A stretch of 49,786 bases of DNA, counting the filler, from Jimgerdemannia flammicorona (lineage: Eukaryota), in NCBI GenBank assembly GCA_003990765.1. It is 2 parts of 2 records of this genome, joined end to end, with 100 filler letters (N's around TTAATTAATTAA, not from the genome) between each part and the next. Parts side by side here need not be neighbours in the genome. Positions count along the whole stretch, not along the records: positions 24,949 to 49,786 come from RBNJ01000915.1; 1 more part is not named here. One strand, written 5' to 3'. The notes beneath the pieces are model-generated. The model saw nothing but the letters and a program-made list of their open reading frames with translations, had not been told where the DNA came from and ran no database searches. Below, one piece after another: positions 37,761-49,786 of the stretch (its first letter is position 1; each line of letters opens with the position of its first letter). The position numbers were made by a program, and so were the translations under genes.

Positions 37761-37891
37761 ACCACCAACCCCACCCCACTTTGGCTGCAAACTCCAGGCC
37801 AAGTTCTCAGGTTTTTTTTTTCTTTTTTATTATTTTGAAAGGTATTAAATATTCCATAAGACCAACCAACTTATCCGCAACCCACCAAATT

Positions 37892-40503
37892 TTAGTGGCC
37901 TGAGCCCCACCAAGACTTCAGACACATACATACCCGGATTATCTCAGCATTCAGTACACACCTCTTTGGAGCAACAAGGTCCACCCCACCTGAGAACAAC
38001 TACTCGATGGGAGTGCTGGAGGTAGAAATCGCCAGGTAGTCCCAAGCCATACTACACAGGCTGGAGAAGTCCATTTGACACAGCTGTATGCTCCAGTGGG
38101 TAGAGCAGTGGTTAGATTGGTGGGTTAAATTGGCCCAACACCTGCCTGACAACCCACCTTCCACCAGTTGACCACCTCCATACCCTCTAGCAGGACCATA
38201 TAGTTGCTGGTGAGATAAATGATAAGTTCATCTATTGATGGCAGCTCTTCTACTGACAGCTCCCTCTTCCTCTTTCTGCCAAAGTAAATATGGGACAGGA
38301 GGAATCCCTTGGCATATTCATCCAGACTTTGGCCAGAACCTTGCGGCAATGTGTAGTTTTTCTAGTACACTTCAATTATGGCCTGCTTGGTTCTCTCAAT
38401 GAAGTGCTGCTCCCAGCCCTGATCTTTATGGTATTGTAGCTTTAAGCATAGGTTCAGCACTATTTAAAGAAAAGGAGAGTGAGTTTTTGCAGGATTTCCT
38501 CTGTTTTGGAAAGAGCAATGGCCAAATGCCAACATTGACATACCTGTACTGATTGAGTATACAGTGGTATCTGTTTGGGAGTAGTATTTTCTGAGCTTGC
38601 TTAGAGCAATCTCCATGGTGTCTCTCTGATCTGGGCTTAACTGCAAATTACTGCAACTCTTCAGCCTATCCTCAAGCTTGTCCTCTAGCTGGTCAATCAG
38701 AAGGTTGTATACTGGTATTGCAGAGCTTATTGTCAGGGTCATTTGTCTGACTATATCCTTCATACAATTGTTGAAACACTAGCAGTTATATGTGGTGAGG
38801 TGTTGTATTGTGCAGAGGCTGACAAAATGAGTGTAGAGCCAGAGCAACCACTACTTACTTCCAAAACTCTGACAACATTTCTAAGTACATCCCACTTGCT
38901 TTTACCTAGAGCCTTGGTCCATATTTCCTTATTGACAGCCATCATTGAATCTATTGGCTTTTTTTTTTTTTTTTTTTTTTTAAAATAAATCTTCTATCAT
39001 CCGAAACAGTTGCTTCAGCTGACCAGAGAAAAAAAGGATACATACTACAGCAAACTCTAGCATGTGCTGGATCATTGCAAATGTTGAGTTCCAATACCTA
39101 CAGATATCCAATATAAGCTCTTTCGGGGCTAAACTGATTGCCCTACACTGTGCAGTGAATTTGTCTCATCATTGTAGAGATGATCGGACTGACACAACCA
39201 GTTTGTGCAACTTGGAAATTATACTCAGGGCCCCTCCTCTCTCAGATATTTATCTACATACATAAGATAGTCCTGAACAGTGAGGTTCAGTACATGGGCC
39301 TGGCATTACACACAATAGCTTTCTGTACCAAAGACCACAGTTTCCTGTTTGAGGCTGACTGCAAAAACTTGGAAAAATATTGAGTTGTTTGTGACATTGT
39401 CTGTTGTAATGGCCAAAATCTATACTTGAAATATTTGATTGACAAATTTATGTGAAAATAAGTAACCAATAAAATCTGGTTTGGTTTAGGACCTCTCTCA
39501 AAATACCAATCTGATGGCAAGCCCCCCTTTTTTACCTTAGTGGTGATCCCAAGCTCTCAGATATAACTAATAAAAGCATCTGTGATATTGTCTCCAGAAT
39601 GAGGGCCAGCAAGTTTGATGAAGTCAAGGGTGAGAGATTTAAGCTACCAATCAAGATCAATCCAATGACCAGTAATACTCAAAAACAAAATTACATTGGG
39701 GGATGTCCATGTGTCGATCGTAAATGAAATTTTGCCTGCCGAATTCTGTTATTGAATATGAGGTTAAATTGGTGAGCTCTTTTATATAATTTAGCTTGCA
39801 AAGGTCATAGTGCTGCCCTTATTTTACCTGAAGTATCTGGTGGAGATTGTTGTGCTCCTTCCTATAGGCCTCCAGGACATCTTTGCAAATAGTATTGGTA
39901 CTTGGCAAATATAAATCATACTTGAGGAGACCAAAGATACTATGTAATTGATCACTCTTGATGGTTGTGAATGGCTGGTCTGTGTACACAATCCAGCAAA
40001 TGAGCCGATTTCGAAATTCTGCCAAAGAGTATGTCAAAATATTTTTGATTAAATGGTGTTGTTGGTATAGAAATAGTTGGGCAATCGGATAAACATACCC
40101 ACCACAGCTTAGATGTTTATTTTATTTATCTCTGTATTCTTTTTGATTTTGTCAGAGTACTTGTCTTTTATGTTTTGATTCATATTCGAAGTTGTACCCC
40201 CAAGCATTTTGAACTTCTGGCTGATGCAGTTTATGGGGGTGGATGAAACAATATCATGTGTGTGTCAAAACAATATCATGTGTGTGTCAAAACAATATCA
40301 TGTGTGTGTCAAAACAAACAAAGTGTCAATAGGTGTGTCTTAATTTTTTACCTGCAATAATTACAAACAACATCATCTCTTATCTTAGCACAATGTTGCC
40401 AGATTTCAGAGTGAGGATTGCATGGAAGGTGTGGAACTATCAGGGATGTTTGACTTGAAGCATCATCAGTACTGTGAACTGTTGAAGACTGATCTGTCAA
40501 CAT
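37892..40503 (-). pseudogene. hAT (Ac-like) transposase, multi-exon, disrupted
   Basis: BED finger (EIWQHC...CNYC/GTTSNM), DQPFTTI, ISFTIDTWT, ITTDN, CQAHVLNL, RYWNST, C-terminal DYLAISTSSTPIE*LFS; about 8 GT-AG introns. Confidence 0.92.
40246..40311. repeat. 22-bp tandem triplication in transposase intron 1
   Basis: AAACAATATCATGTGTGTGTCA x3; single unit in copy 2 (~47051-47072). Confidence 0.92.
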
Positions 40504-40599
40504 ATGTGTTTGTATATATGTGTGTGCATGTATATGTGTATGTGTGTATGCATATATGTATATTGTATTGTAGATGTGTCCAGCATATGAGTCATGTAG

Positions 40600-40980
40600 A
40601 GGATTTGGATTGGAGGATTCAGTTGAAGGATTCAGATGAGAATTCGGATTGAAGGATTTGAATTGGAGGATTTGAATTTGAGGATTCAGATTGAGTGATT
40701 CAGATTGAGTAATTTGGATTGAGTAATTCAAATTGAGTGATTCAGATTGGGGTGGTTCAGATGGGTGATTTGGATGGGACAATTTGGATGGGGCAATTCA
40801 GATTGAGTGATTCAGATTGAGTAATTTGGATTGGGGTGATTCAGATGGGTGATTCAGATGGGGTGATTCAGATAGGGCAATTCAGATTAAATCCAAGTTG
40901 ATTCAGATGGCTTTGGATTTGAGATTTGGATCAAACCATCATGTAATGAATCAAATCTGGATTTGATTCAAATTGACTTG
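40600..40980. repeat. hAT subterminal repeat array (GATTCAGATTGAGT-type), probable transposase-binding sites
   Basis: Dense GATTC/GATTT motifs next to the TIR; mirrored at 46385-46765. Confidence 0.8.
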
Positions 40981-40992
40981 TTCAGAGTACTA

Positions 40993-43320
40993 TTTAGAAA
41001 TTAAGAATCAAAGAAATTATATACTAAGAGATTGATAGTAAGAATTAAAAAGTAATATATATTAGTCATTCAAAATGAGAAATCAAATTATTACTCATAT
41101 TTGATAATATAATATCTATCAATATTATCAACAAAAAGTAACTCAGAAGATATCTCTTATTTCAATACTAGTGATAGTTAGAGTTTTCTCAAGACTAGAA
41201 ATTGATATTATTAAATCTTTACTAGTTATATATAAGATAAAAAAAGTAATATATTCCTATAATTGAAAATTATTTTACTAAATAGCTTAAAGTTTTTACT
41301 CTAAATATAGATTAATATTTATATAATTGTCCGAGTTCTTTATGATAATGTTTTCTTATTATATAATTTATTATAAAAAATAATTACAGAATAAGAAAGC
41401 AAATTTATTAATAAGATTATATAATCTTTTAAATTCAGAATTAAACTATGATAGGTAATAGCTTATTATCTATAAGTAAAAAGGTTGACATAGTACTTTC
41501 AAATAACTTGAATTAATTTAAATTAAATTAAATTTTAATTGAACCAATTTGGAGATTTTTCAATTTAAATTAAATATAAATTAAATTGAGATATAATTTT
41601 CTTTTATTCAAATTGAATTCAGATTTACTTTGATTTTAAATTAAGAGTTAACCTTTAAAATACCAAATATAATTATCTTTATTATTCTAGATTCTTCTAG
41701 ATAAGATAAATATAACAAACTAAATTTTATCAAATTTGAATCACTAATGATAAAACTTATTTCTAATAATAAAGCAAAATTTGCTAATAAAATATTTAAG
41801 CTTCTTAAATAACTTTTAAAATATCTTCAATATATTATTAATGTTCAATAATATAAAATATTTTTTGTTTTCAGATATATCTTTTCAAATTACCAATAAT
41901 TATATTTTGCTTTTCTATATCTTTTAATACTTTTTATCCAATCTGTTGATATCTGAATAGATCTATAATAATATAAAATAATAATTTACTATATATATAT
42001 AATTATGACTCTGCTTTAACAAAATATCAATTATAATAATAGACTGATTCAGTATAATATATTATCTATAACTTATCAATCTGAATAATATCTATAGTAT
42101 AATTAAAGTCAATAAATAAACTTATATCTGTTATTACTAATCACAATATTGTTAATAATTATATCTTAATAGAAAACTCCAGTAATAAAGAGATGATGAA
42201 ATATTATAATAATATTATATAATATCTAAAGTAGCTATTGATTATTGAAGAATTTAATAAAGAGTTTACCAAGGATAAAAGTATAATATAGCTATAGAAA
42301 CAGTCAACTGGGTCTATACTGGATACTTTAGATATAATATAGTCTATATAAGATTCAGTCTCAAGCTCTTGTAGTTATTAGTGAGATATTATTATGATTT
42401 TTTATCAATTTTAGATCTAGATTTCTTTATACTAATTGGTTATTCCAATTTTTGAATAGTTAGCAATGAGACTTTACTATTACTACTCTAAATTTAAATT
42501 AGATGAGTAAAAGGCCTAACAGGTCAAGAGTGAGCCTGCAATATAAGATTGTCTCTCATATAATATGATTTTAATAATTATATCTCAATAAAAAAAGGTT
42601 GAATATATATAGCTAATAATACTCATCTAAATGGATTATAAGTTTTTGAGAGATATGATATATCTTCATATTATCTCAAGGACAATTTTGTACTAAAGCT
42701 CTAGAGTAATAAGAGAATATAGCTAGATATTTGACTATTCTATTAGTATCTACTAAGCTATCAGAATACTTATATAAATAAGAAAGAGTCTCTTTGATAA
42801 ATTCTATATCTATATAATAAATAAGTCTAAATTATATTAGATTTAAAATAAAATGAGAATTTGATTAAATCTGATAATAATAGAATATTAAAATTATGGA
42901 ACAGTCATCTGCTATTATAGGTATTATCAGAGCAACTATGAGTTAAGTATGAGCTATCATAATTGCAGAGAAGGCAGATATTTCAGGAAAGTATTAGCAT
43001 ATCTAGAGTGAATTAGTTATAAATGAGAGAAGCTAGAACCTGTTCTCTTTTAGCCTCTTTGACATACTAAGTATATATATATATATACTATAATAAGTAA
43101 ATATTATATTAGAGTCAGATAATATATAAATTATATAGTATAGTTATCTTATATATATAGTTACTCCTTATACTATCTATTGAATAAATAGTCTGAAATA
43201 CTAAATTAGAACAAATTTTATATTATCAAGAGATATATATACTCTGAGGAAATATATATCTATACTCTGAGAGAATATCTGTTCTCTGAGGGAATATCTT
43301 TCTAAATTAATCTTACTATT
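40993..43320. other. Extremely AT-rich relic TE DNA, including a decayed MITE-family end at 41491 and possible Gypsy pol remnants
   Basis: TAGTACTTTCAAATAACTTGAATTAATTTAAATT at 41491 aligns to the MITE right end almost entirely via C>T/G>A changes; no ORFs >=60 aa. Confidence 0.55.
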
Positions 43321-44699
43321 GTAATGGTGATCTCAGAATAGTGACATCATCATAGAAGATAGTCTTTTCTTATAAGCTACCAGATCAGAGTACAAGAAAA
43401 TCATACTACATAACTCACCCTAACTATAAGATAAGCAATAATGACCAACTATAAGTTATTATCTACAAGACAGACATCTCAAGGAATATAAAAGAAGGAT
43501 TGAGAAACTGCAGTAGTAGCAACTCAAACAAAGCTCACCATAAACAAAATGCCTACCACTTACCAAACCTCAAGGTCCAGGAATCACCAAGGCCTCTCAG
43601 TCTAAGAAAGGATATTTCAAAACATTAAAAGAGCCAGGAGGACCTATATAAGAAGGACTCCTAGCTTCAACCTAGATACTAGTGACCCTTATTATTATAT
43701 CCTCTACTATCATAAAATGAAAACAAGAATCACTATTGTACCAAATGTCTCCAGATATGGTAGAAATATGAAATAAGAAATCTTCTCTGCTAAGAATTCT
43801 CTTAGGCCAGTCTCTAAGAGATATAAGATGCCACTCTCTTAGATGTATATAAAATAAGGATAGCCAAGAAGATTTATCAGATCTTCAGACATACACTGTG
43901 GTCAATTCCCAACTTGGAGTATACTAGAATCTCAGACTTCAAGAAATTATCAGCCCACCATACCAATGTACTGGAGGCCATAATGGCTACAGAAGTCCAA
44001 TTCACCATCACTCTTGATAGTGATGAAGTAGAAGAGTTTTGGAATCCCATTCTTCAGGACAATCCAGATCAATTTCTACAAAGATTGATCTCAATATTCC
44101 AAGGCCCCAGTATCTAGGTTAGATCTATCCAAGACTCTATATTTATTTCTTATTTTGTAGAAGAGAATGTCATAGACTAAAGAGCTCCTGCTGCTACTAA
44201 ATAAGCTGATGTCACCTATAATGATGTCATTGATGATAACATTATCCCACTAATTGATATACATGACATATGTGAGATATAAAAAATATGTAAGATAAAC
44301 AAGATACTCAAAATGTTCACCAACCTCATTTTCTTTGAAGACATCCTGTCTCTAACCTCTAGCCTTGATAATAGTGACAAAGATGAAGCCCCCATAGTTC
44401 TGAACATTCTGCTTTAAGTTCTTGATAATACCAAAATATTCTGGCATCCTTTTTCTATGTAACTGAATTCTACTGGCATCCTTTTTCTATACTATCAAAA
44501 TCTACTAGCATCCTGAACTTATTTAACCATTTGTATAGGAACTCAAATTTGTACTTATAACTGAAGTTTTCTATATTCCAGTATTTTATTTGATTATTGG
44601 AATTTATATTTAGCTTTATAACTTAGTAACTATTAAATTATATTTTGTATAAATACCTCTCTTATTTCCTTGAAATAAAGTCAGTCAAGTTCACTTATA

Positions 44700-46370
44700 C
44701 TCAATTCTATATAAGCAATCTAAGAGATAACAAAACAGTTTAAAGATAAGAAGTTTGAGGACTATAAGATCTTGTGAAGACACTCTAATAAGAACTTGCT
44801 TTTTTAACAAACTTGTAGTTTGTCTAAGAGATATACCTTGAAGAGAATCTGATATATTTGATCCTCCTTCTATAGTTATTTCTTGTCTTGCAATTCCACA
44901 CCTTGAGGTCAGTTGGATGTAAGCTTCTTGGGGTAGCTATATGGCTAATCTAGTTCTGATCATGAAGATTTTTCCAGGCTTGATAGATTCATCCTCCAGA
45001 CTATGAAGATCATATCCTACATCCTCTGGGTGGGCTTTGGTTGGGAGTTTGGCCTTGAGATGCAGCAGGGTATACTGAGCAATATTCTTGCTGAGTTTGG
45101 GCTGACTTAAGGCTGAAGCTCCACTAGCAGAGAGCCTCTAAGCTCTAAGATTGAGGTGTGGCCATCTGGCTCCAATAGAGGGGTCTCAGAAATAGTTGAT
45201 TCCTCTTCTTCCTGTAGGGTCTAGGGCTTCCATGAAGTTGGTGGCATCTTCTACCCATACTTGACAGGTTGTATATCTGATGAGAGCTAGAATGTCTTCT
45301 CCTAAATAATAGATCTTGAGAGTCCTTCTTTCTGGCTTTTTGGTCTGGCTTTTTTGGATCTGGCTTCAGTTATCTCTTCTCTTCAAAGTGTGGATTGCAA
45401 CATCATGACTGAGATGGATCTTCTGATGTCTGCAGTCTCAGCAGTCTGGGTGTCTTCTATGGTTGCAATATCCCATTGCTTAGAAATGATATTCTCAGTT
45501 GTTGAACTCTTGTTGTCTTGAGAATTGATATCTATCTTGGTCATAAGTTGGAAGAGTAGACAAGAGGTATAATTCTGTCCAGATGAAGAGACCATGTCCT
45601 CTGAATCAGCTTTGCAACTCAGTGGTAACTTCTTAGAAGGTAGTTGACTGTAGAACTATATTCAGGAGTTCTGGTCTCTGGGGTCTCTATCTCTCCTGTT
45701 GGTCTAGTAGATGGCACTGATAGTAGTAGTCTCAGGGAGAGTGGAAGACTATTTGGTGTAGACATCTTCCTAACTGAAAAGCCTTTTCTTGATGAGTTTC
45801 TTTCTTAGGGATAATGGTAATTATGCTGGGTCCATCTTTCATATTCCAAGGATTATTGTCTTCAGTTGGTGTCTAGTGAGAGTTATCTCAGGGAATGAGT
45901 TCAGGGACTTCTTTCTCTTTGGGTACTTCTTGTTCAGAAACTTCTTGATCAGGAGCTTCTTCTTCCTTAGATGATTCTTGTCTCCAAATTGCTTATACTT
46001 CCACAACTTCAGCTGCAGGTTGTTTCTGAAGCATGTCTGCATTTCTTCTTCTTCTTTCTGCACTCAGAGCAGGCTGTGTCAGGCGAATTCCTTGTGTCTC
46101 TTGAGGCAGGTGGGGCATCCTTTGATTTCTCCTGCAATAGCTCTGATGGTAATAGGGACAGTATTCTTGGCCCATACATTGTTTTCTGGTCTATTATCCA
46201 CTAGGTTAATTTGGGGGTTGAGTCTGAGATCATTTCCATCTTCAGATGCTTCTTCCTTCTCTGTGGTAAACTCTTTACTACTGATATATTCTTCCTAAAT
46301 AGTGACCTTCTTCTTCTTCTTTGATTGCTCATAGCTGGTCACCTTAACTCTGTACTTCTTGCCTCAGTAG
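44700..46370 (-). pseudogene. Degenerate coding relic, probably retroelement-derived, cut by hAT copy 2
   Basis: Purine-rich minus strand with K/E-rich broken frames and an ACSECRKKKKKCRH motif at 46033-46074. No catalytic motif recognised. Confidence 0.35.
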
Positions 46371-46529
46371 TAGTGCTCCAAACAAGTCAATTTGAATCAA
46401 ATCTGGATTTGATTCATCACATGACAGTTTGATCCAAATCTCAAATCTGGAGCCATCTGAATCAACTCAGATTAATCTGAATCACCCCATCTGAACTGCC
46501 CCATCTGAATCACCCATCTGAACTACTCC

Positions 46530-46665
46530 AATCCAAATCACTCAATCCAAATCACTCAATCCAAATCACTTAATCCAAATCACTCAATCCAAATCACTCA
46601 ATCCAAATTACTCAATCCAAATCACTCAATCCAAATCACTCAATCTAAATCACTCAATCCAAATC
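46530..46665 (+). repeat. 14-bp tandem array AATCCAAATCACTC (~9 units) in the hAT subterminal region
   Basis: Read directly from the sequence. Confidence 0.9.
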
Positions 46666-46866
46666 CTCCAATTCAAATCCTCCAATTTGAATCCTCCAAT
46701 TTGAATCCTTCAATCTGAATCCTCATCCAAATCCTTCAAATGAATCCTCCAATCCAAATCCTCTATATGACTCATATGCTGGATATATCTACATATACAA
46801 TATACATACATATATATATAATATATACACATACATACATTTGCACATACAAACATGCAAACACAC

Positions 46867-49436
46867 ATATCAACAGATCAGTCTTCAACAGTTCACAGTA
46901 CTGATGATACTTCAAGTCAAACATCCCTGATAGTTCTACACCTTCCATGCAATCCTCACTCCAAAGTCTAGCAATATTGTACTAAGATAGGAGATGATGT
47001 TGTTTGTAATTATTGCAGGTAAAAAATTAAGATGTACTTATTAACTTGTTTGACACATACATGATATTGTTTCATCCACCCTCATAAACTGCATCAGCCA
47101 GAAGTTCAAAATGCTTGGTGGTATGACTTCAAACATGAATCAATACATAAAAGACAAGCACTCTAACAAAATCAAAAAGAACACAGAGATAAATAAAATT
47201 GACATCCAAGCTGTAGTGGATATATTTATCTAATTACCCAACTATTTCTGTACCAATAATGCCATTTAATCAAAAATATTTAGTCATACTCTTTGGTAGA
47301 ATTTCAAAATCGGCTCATTCACTGGATTGTATGTACAGATCAGCCATTCACAACCATTGAGAGTGATCAATTGTATAGCATCTTTGGCCTCCTCATGCAT
47401 GATTTATATTTGCCAAGTGCTGATACTATTTGCAAGATGTCCTGGAGGCCTATAGGAAGGAGCATGACAATCTCCACCAGATACTTCAGGTAAAATAAGA
47501 GCAGCACTATGACCTTGGCAAGCTGAATTATATAAAAGAGCTTACCAATTTAACCTCACATTCAATAAGCAGAATTTGGCAGGCAAAATTTCATTTACAA
47601 TTGATACATGGACATCTCACAATGCAATTTCATTTCTGGGCATTACTGGTCATTAGATTTACCTTGATTGATAGCTTAAATCTCTCACCCTTGACTTTGT
47701 CAAACTTGCTGGCCCTCATTCTGAAGACAACATTGCAGATGCTTTTATTAGTTATATCTGGGAGCTTGGGATTACAACTAAGGTAAAAAAGGGGGGCTTA
47801 CCATCAGGTTGGCATTTTGAGAGATGTCCTAAAACAAAACAGATTTTATTGGTTATTTATTTTCACATAATTCACCAACCGAATATTTCAAGTACAGATT
47901 TTGGCCATTACAACAGACAATGCTACAAACAACTCAACATTTTTCCAAGTTTTAACAGCCAGCCTCAAACAGGAAAATGTGGCCTTCAGTGCAGAAAGCT
48001 ATCATGTGTGATGCCAGGCCCACATACTGAACCTCACTATTCAGGACTATCTTATATATGTAGACAAAACATCTGAGAGAGGAGGGGCCCTAAGTATAAT
48101 TTCCAAGCTATGCAAACTGGTTGTGTTGATCTGATCATCTCCACAATGATGAGATAAATTCACTGCATAGTGTAGGGCAATCAGTTTAGCCTCGAAAGAG
48201 CTTATATTGGACATCTATATGTGTTGAAACTCAACATTTGCAATAATCCAGTGCACGCTGGAGTTTGCTGTGGTATGTATCCTTTTTTTCTTCAGTCAGC
48301 TGAAGTAACTTGTTTCGGATGATGGAAGATTTATTTTTTTTAAAAAAAAAAAAACAAAAAAAGCCAATAGATTCAATGGTGGCTGCCAACAAGGAAATAC
48401 AGACTGAGGCTCTAGGTGAAAGTAAGTGGGACATACTTAGGAATATTGTCAGAGTTTTGAAAGTAAGTGGTGGTTACTCTGGCTCCATACTCATTTTGTC
48501 TACCTCTGCACAATACAACACCTCACCACATATAACTGCTAGTGTTTTGATGATTATACAAAGGATATAGTCAAACAAACAACCCTGATAATAAGCTCTG
48601 CAATACCAGTATACAACCTTCCAATTGACTGGCTAGAGGACAAGCTCGAGGATAGGCTAGAGGGTTGTAGTGATTTATGGTTAAGCTCAGATCAGAGAGA
48701 TGTCATGGAGGTTACTCTAAGCAAGCTCAGAAAATACTACTCTCAAACAGATACCACCATATACTCAATCAGTACAGGTATATGTATATGTCAATGTCAG
48801 CATGTGGCCATTGCTCCTTCCAAAACAGAGAAACCTCACAAAAACTCACTCTCCTTTTCTTTGAATAGTGCTGGACCTATACTTAAAGCTACAATACTAT
48901 AAAGATCAGGGCTGGGAGCAGCACTTCATTGAGAGAACCCAGCAGGCCATAATCGAAGTATACCAGAAAAACTATGCACCACTGCAAGGTTCCAGCCAAA
49001 GTCTGGACAAATATGCTGAGAGATCCCTCCTGTCCCACATTTACTTCAGCAGAAAGAGAAAGAGGGAGCCATCAGTGGAAGAGCTGCTGTCAATAGACAA
49101 ACTTACTATTTACCTTGCCAGTGACCATGTGGTCCTGCTGGAGGGCACAAAGATGTTCAACTAGTGAAAGGTGGGTTGTCAGGCAGGTGTTGGGCCAATT
49201 TAACCCACCAATCTAACCACCACTCTACCCACTATAGTATGTGGCTGCATCAAATAGACTTCCCCAGCCTATATGGTATAGCTCAGAACTATCTGGCAAT
49301 TCCTGCCTCCAGTGCTCCCATTGAGCAGGTGTTCTCAGGTTAGATAAACCTTGTTGCCCCAAAGAGGTGTGCACTGAATGCTGAGACAATCTGGGCATAT
49401 ATGTGTCTGAAGTCTTAGTGGGGCTCAGGCTGCTAA
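46867..49436 (+). pseudogene. hAT transposase copy 2, multi-exon, disrupted (start codon ATG>ATA)
   Basis: CNYC/intron 47019-47097/QKFKMLGG..SNMNQYIKDKH; WIVCTDQPFTTIES; ISFTIDTWT; ITTDN; C-terminal YLAIPASSAPIEQVFS; TAA at 49434-49436. Confidence 0.92.
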
Positions 49437-49786
49437 AATTCAGCAGGTCCTGGGGGTTCACAGATAAGTTGTTGGCCTTGTGGAATATTTAATATCTTTC
49501 AAAAATAATAAAAAGGGAAAAAAAACCTGAGGACTCGGCCCAGAGTTGTGGCCCAAGTGGGGTGGGGTTGGTAGTGGCAGTGGAGAAAGTGCATAATATT
49601 TGTGGCCCTCAGCAAGGGACAGCCCCAAGCTGTCAGTACCCGGGTCAGTAGGCAGGTCAGTGGGTGGGCACAGGGTCAGTGGAGAGAGTATGTAAAATTT
49701 GTGGCCCTCTGCCAGCAGCAAGGAGCAGCCCTGAGCCACAAGTGTCTGGGTTGGGGGGGTTGGCATGAGGGGGGTTAGACAGAGGG

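Larger units (their letters stand above)
34597..40992 (-). mobile_element. hAT DNA transposon copy 1 (6.4 kb) with transposase and a convergent cargo gene
   Basis: TIRs TAGTGCTCTGAA / TTCAGAGTACTA (11/12 match); GATTC-rich subterminal repeats at both ends; no matching TSD. Confidence 0.9.
46371..49786 (+). mobile_element. hAT DNA transposon copy 2, inverted relative to copy 1, truncated by window end
   Basis: TAGTGCTC at 46371; reverse-complement colinearity with 40992 down to ~37500. Confidence 0.92.

Noticed and set aside
40504..40782. N-terminal part of ORF 40348-40782 (SESLNLN repeats)
   Set aside because: Translation of subterminal repeats and a TA/CA microsatellite; the transposase more plausibly starts at 40503.
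43320..44700. TGTAATGG at 43320 as a possible LTR start, plus short ORFs
   Set aside because: No matching partner LTR or clear PPT, and no further similarity to 19187-19671 that I could verify.
1..49786. Host protein-coding genes, tRNA/rRNA genes, species assignment
   Set aside because: None recognisable. Fungal origin is inferred only from TE types, short introns and mutation pattern.

Overview
Eukaryotic, most likely fungal, gene-free transposon cluster with no host genes or RNA genes detected. (i) 1-16.3 kb: four nested or head-to-tail L1/Tx1-like non-LTR retrotransposons (families A and B), all on the minus strand. (ii) 18.6-24.8 kb: a Ty3/Gypsy element ordered gag-PR-dUTPase-RT-RH-IN-ORF3-PPT-LTR. 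A second gag relic follows its LTR, and a short poly(A) LINE tail is inserted in its gag. (iii) A 100-bp artificial scaffold spacer. (iv) 24.9-34.6 kb: older LINE family C copies and a Gypsy integrase relic containing a palindromic hAT-type MITE with an 8-bp TSD. (v) Two inverted copies of an intron-rich hAT transposon (34597-40992; 46371-window end) flanking extremely AT-rich relics. The most interesting signal is a second, convergent 5-exon gene (~490 codons) inside the complete hAT copy. Its last exon reads like a TET/JBP-type Fe(II) dioxygenase (HxD...GG...H motifs), a possible transposon-borne DNA-modification or anti-silencing enzyme. All repeats show strong C>T/G>A decay. Domain calls come from manual motif reading; no searches were run.
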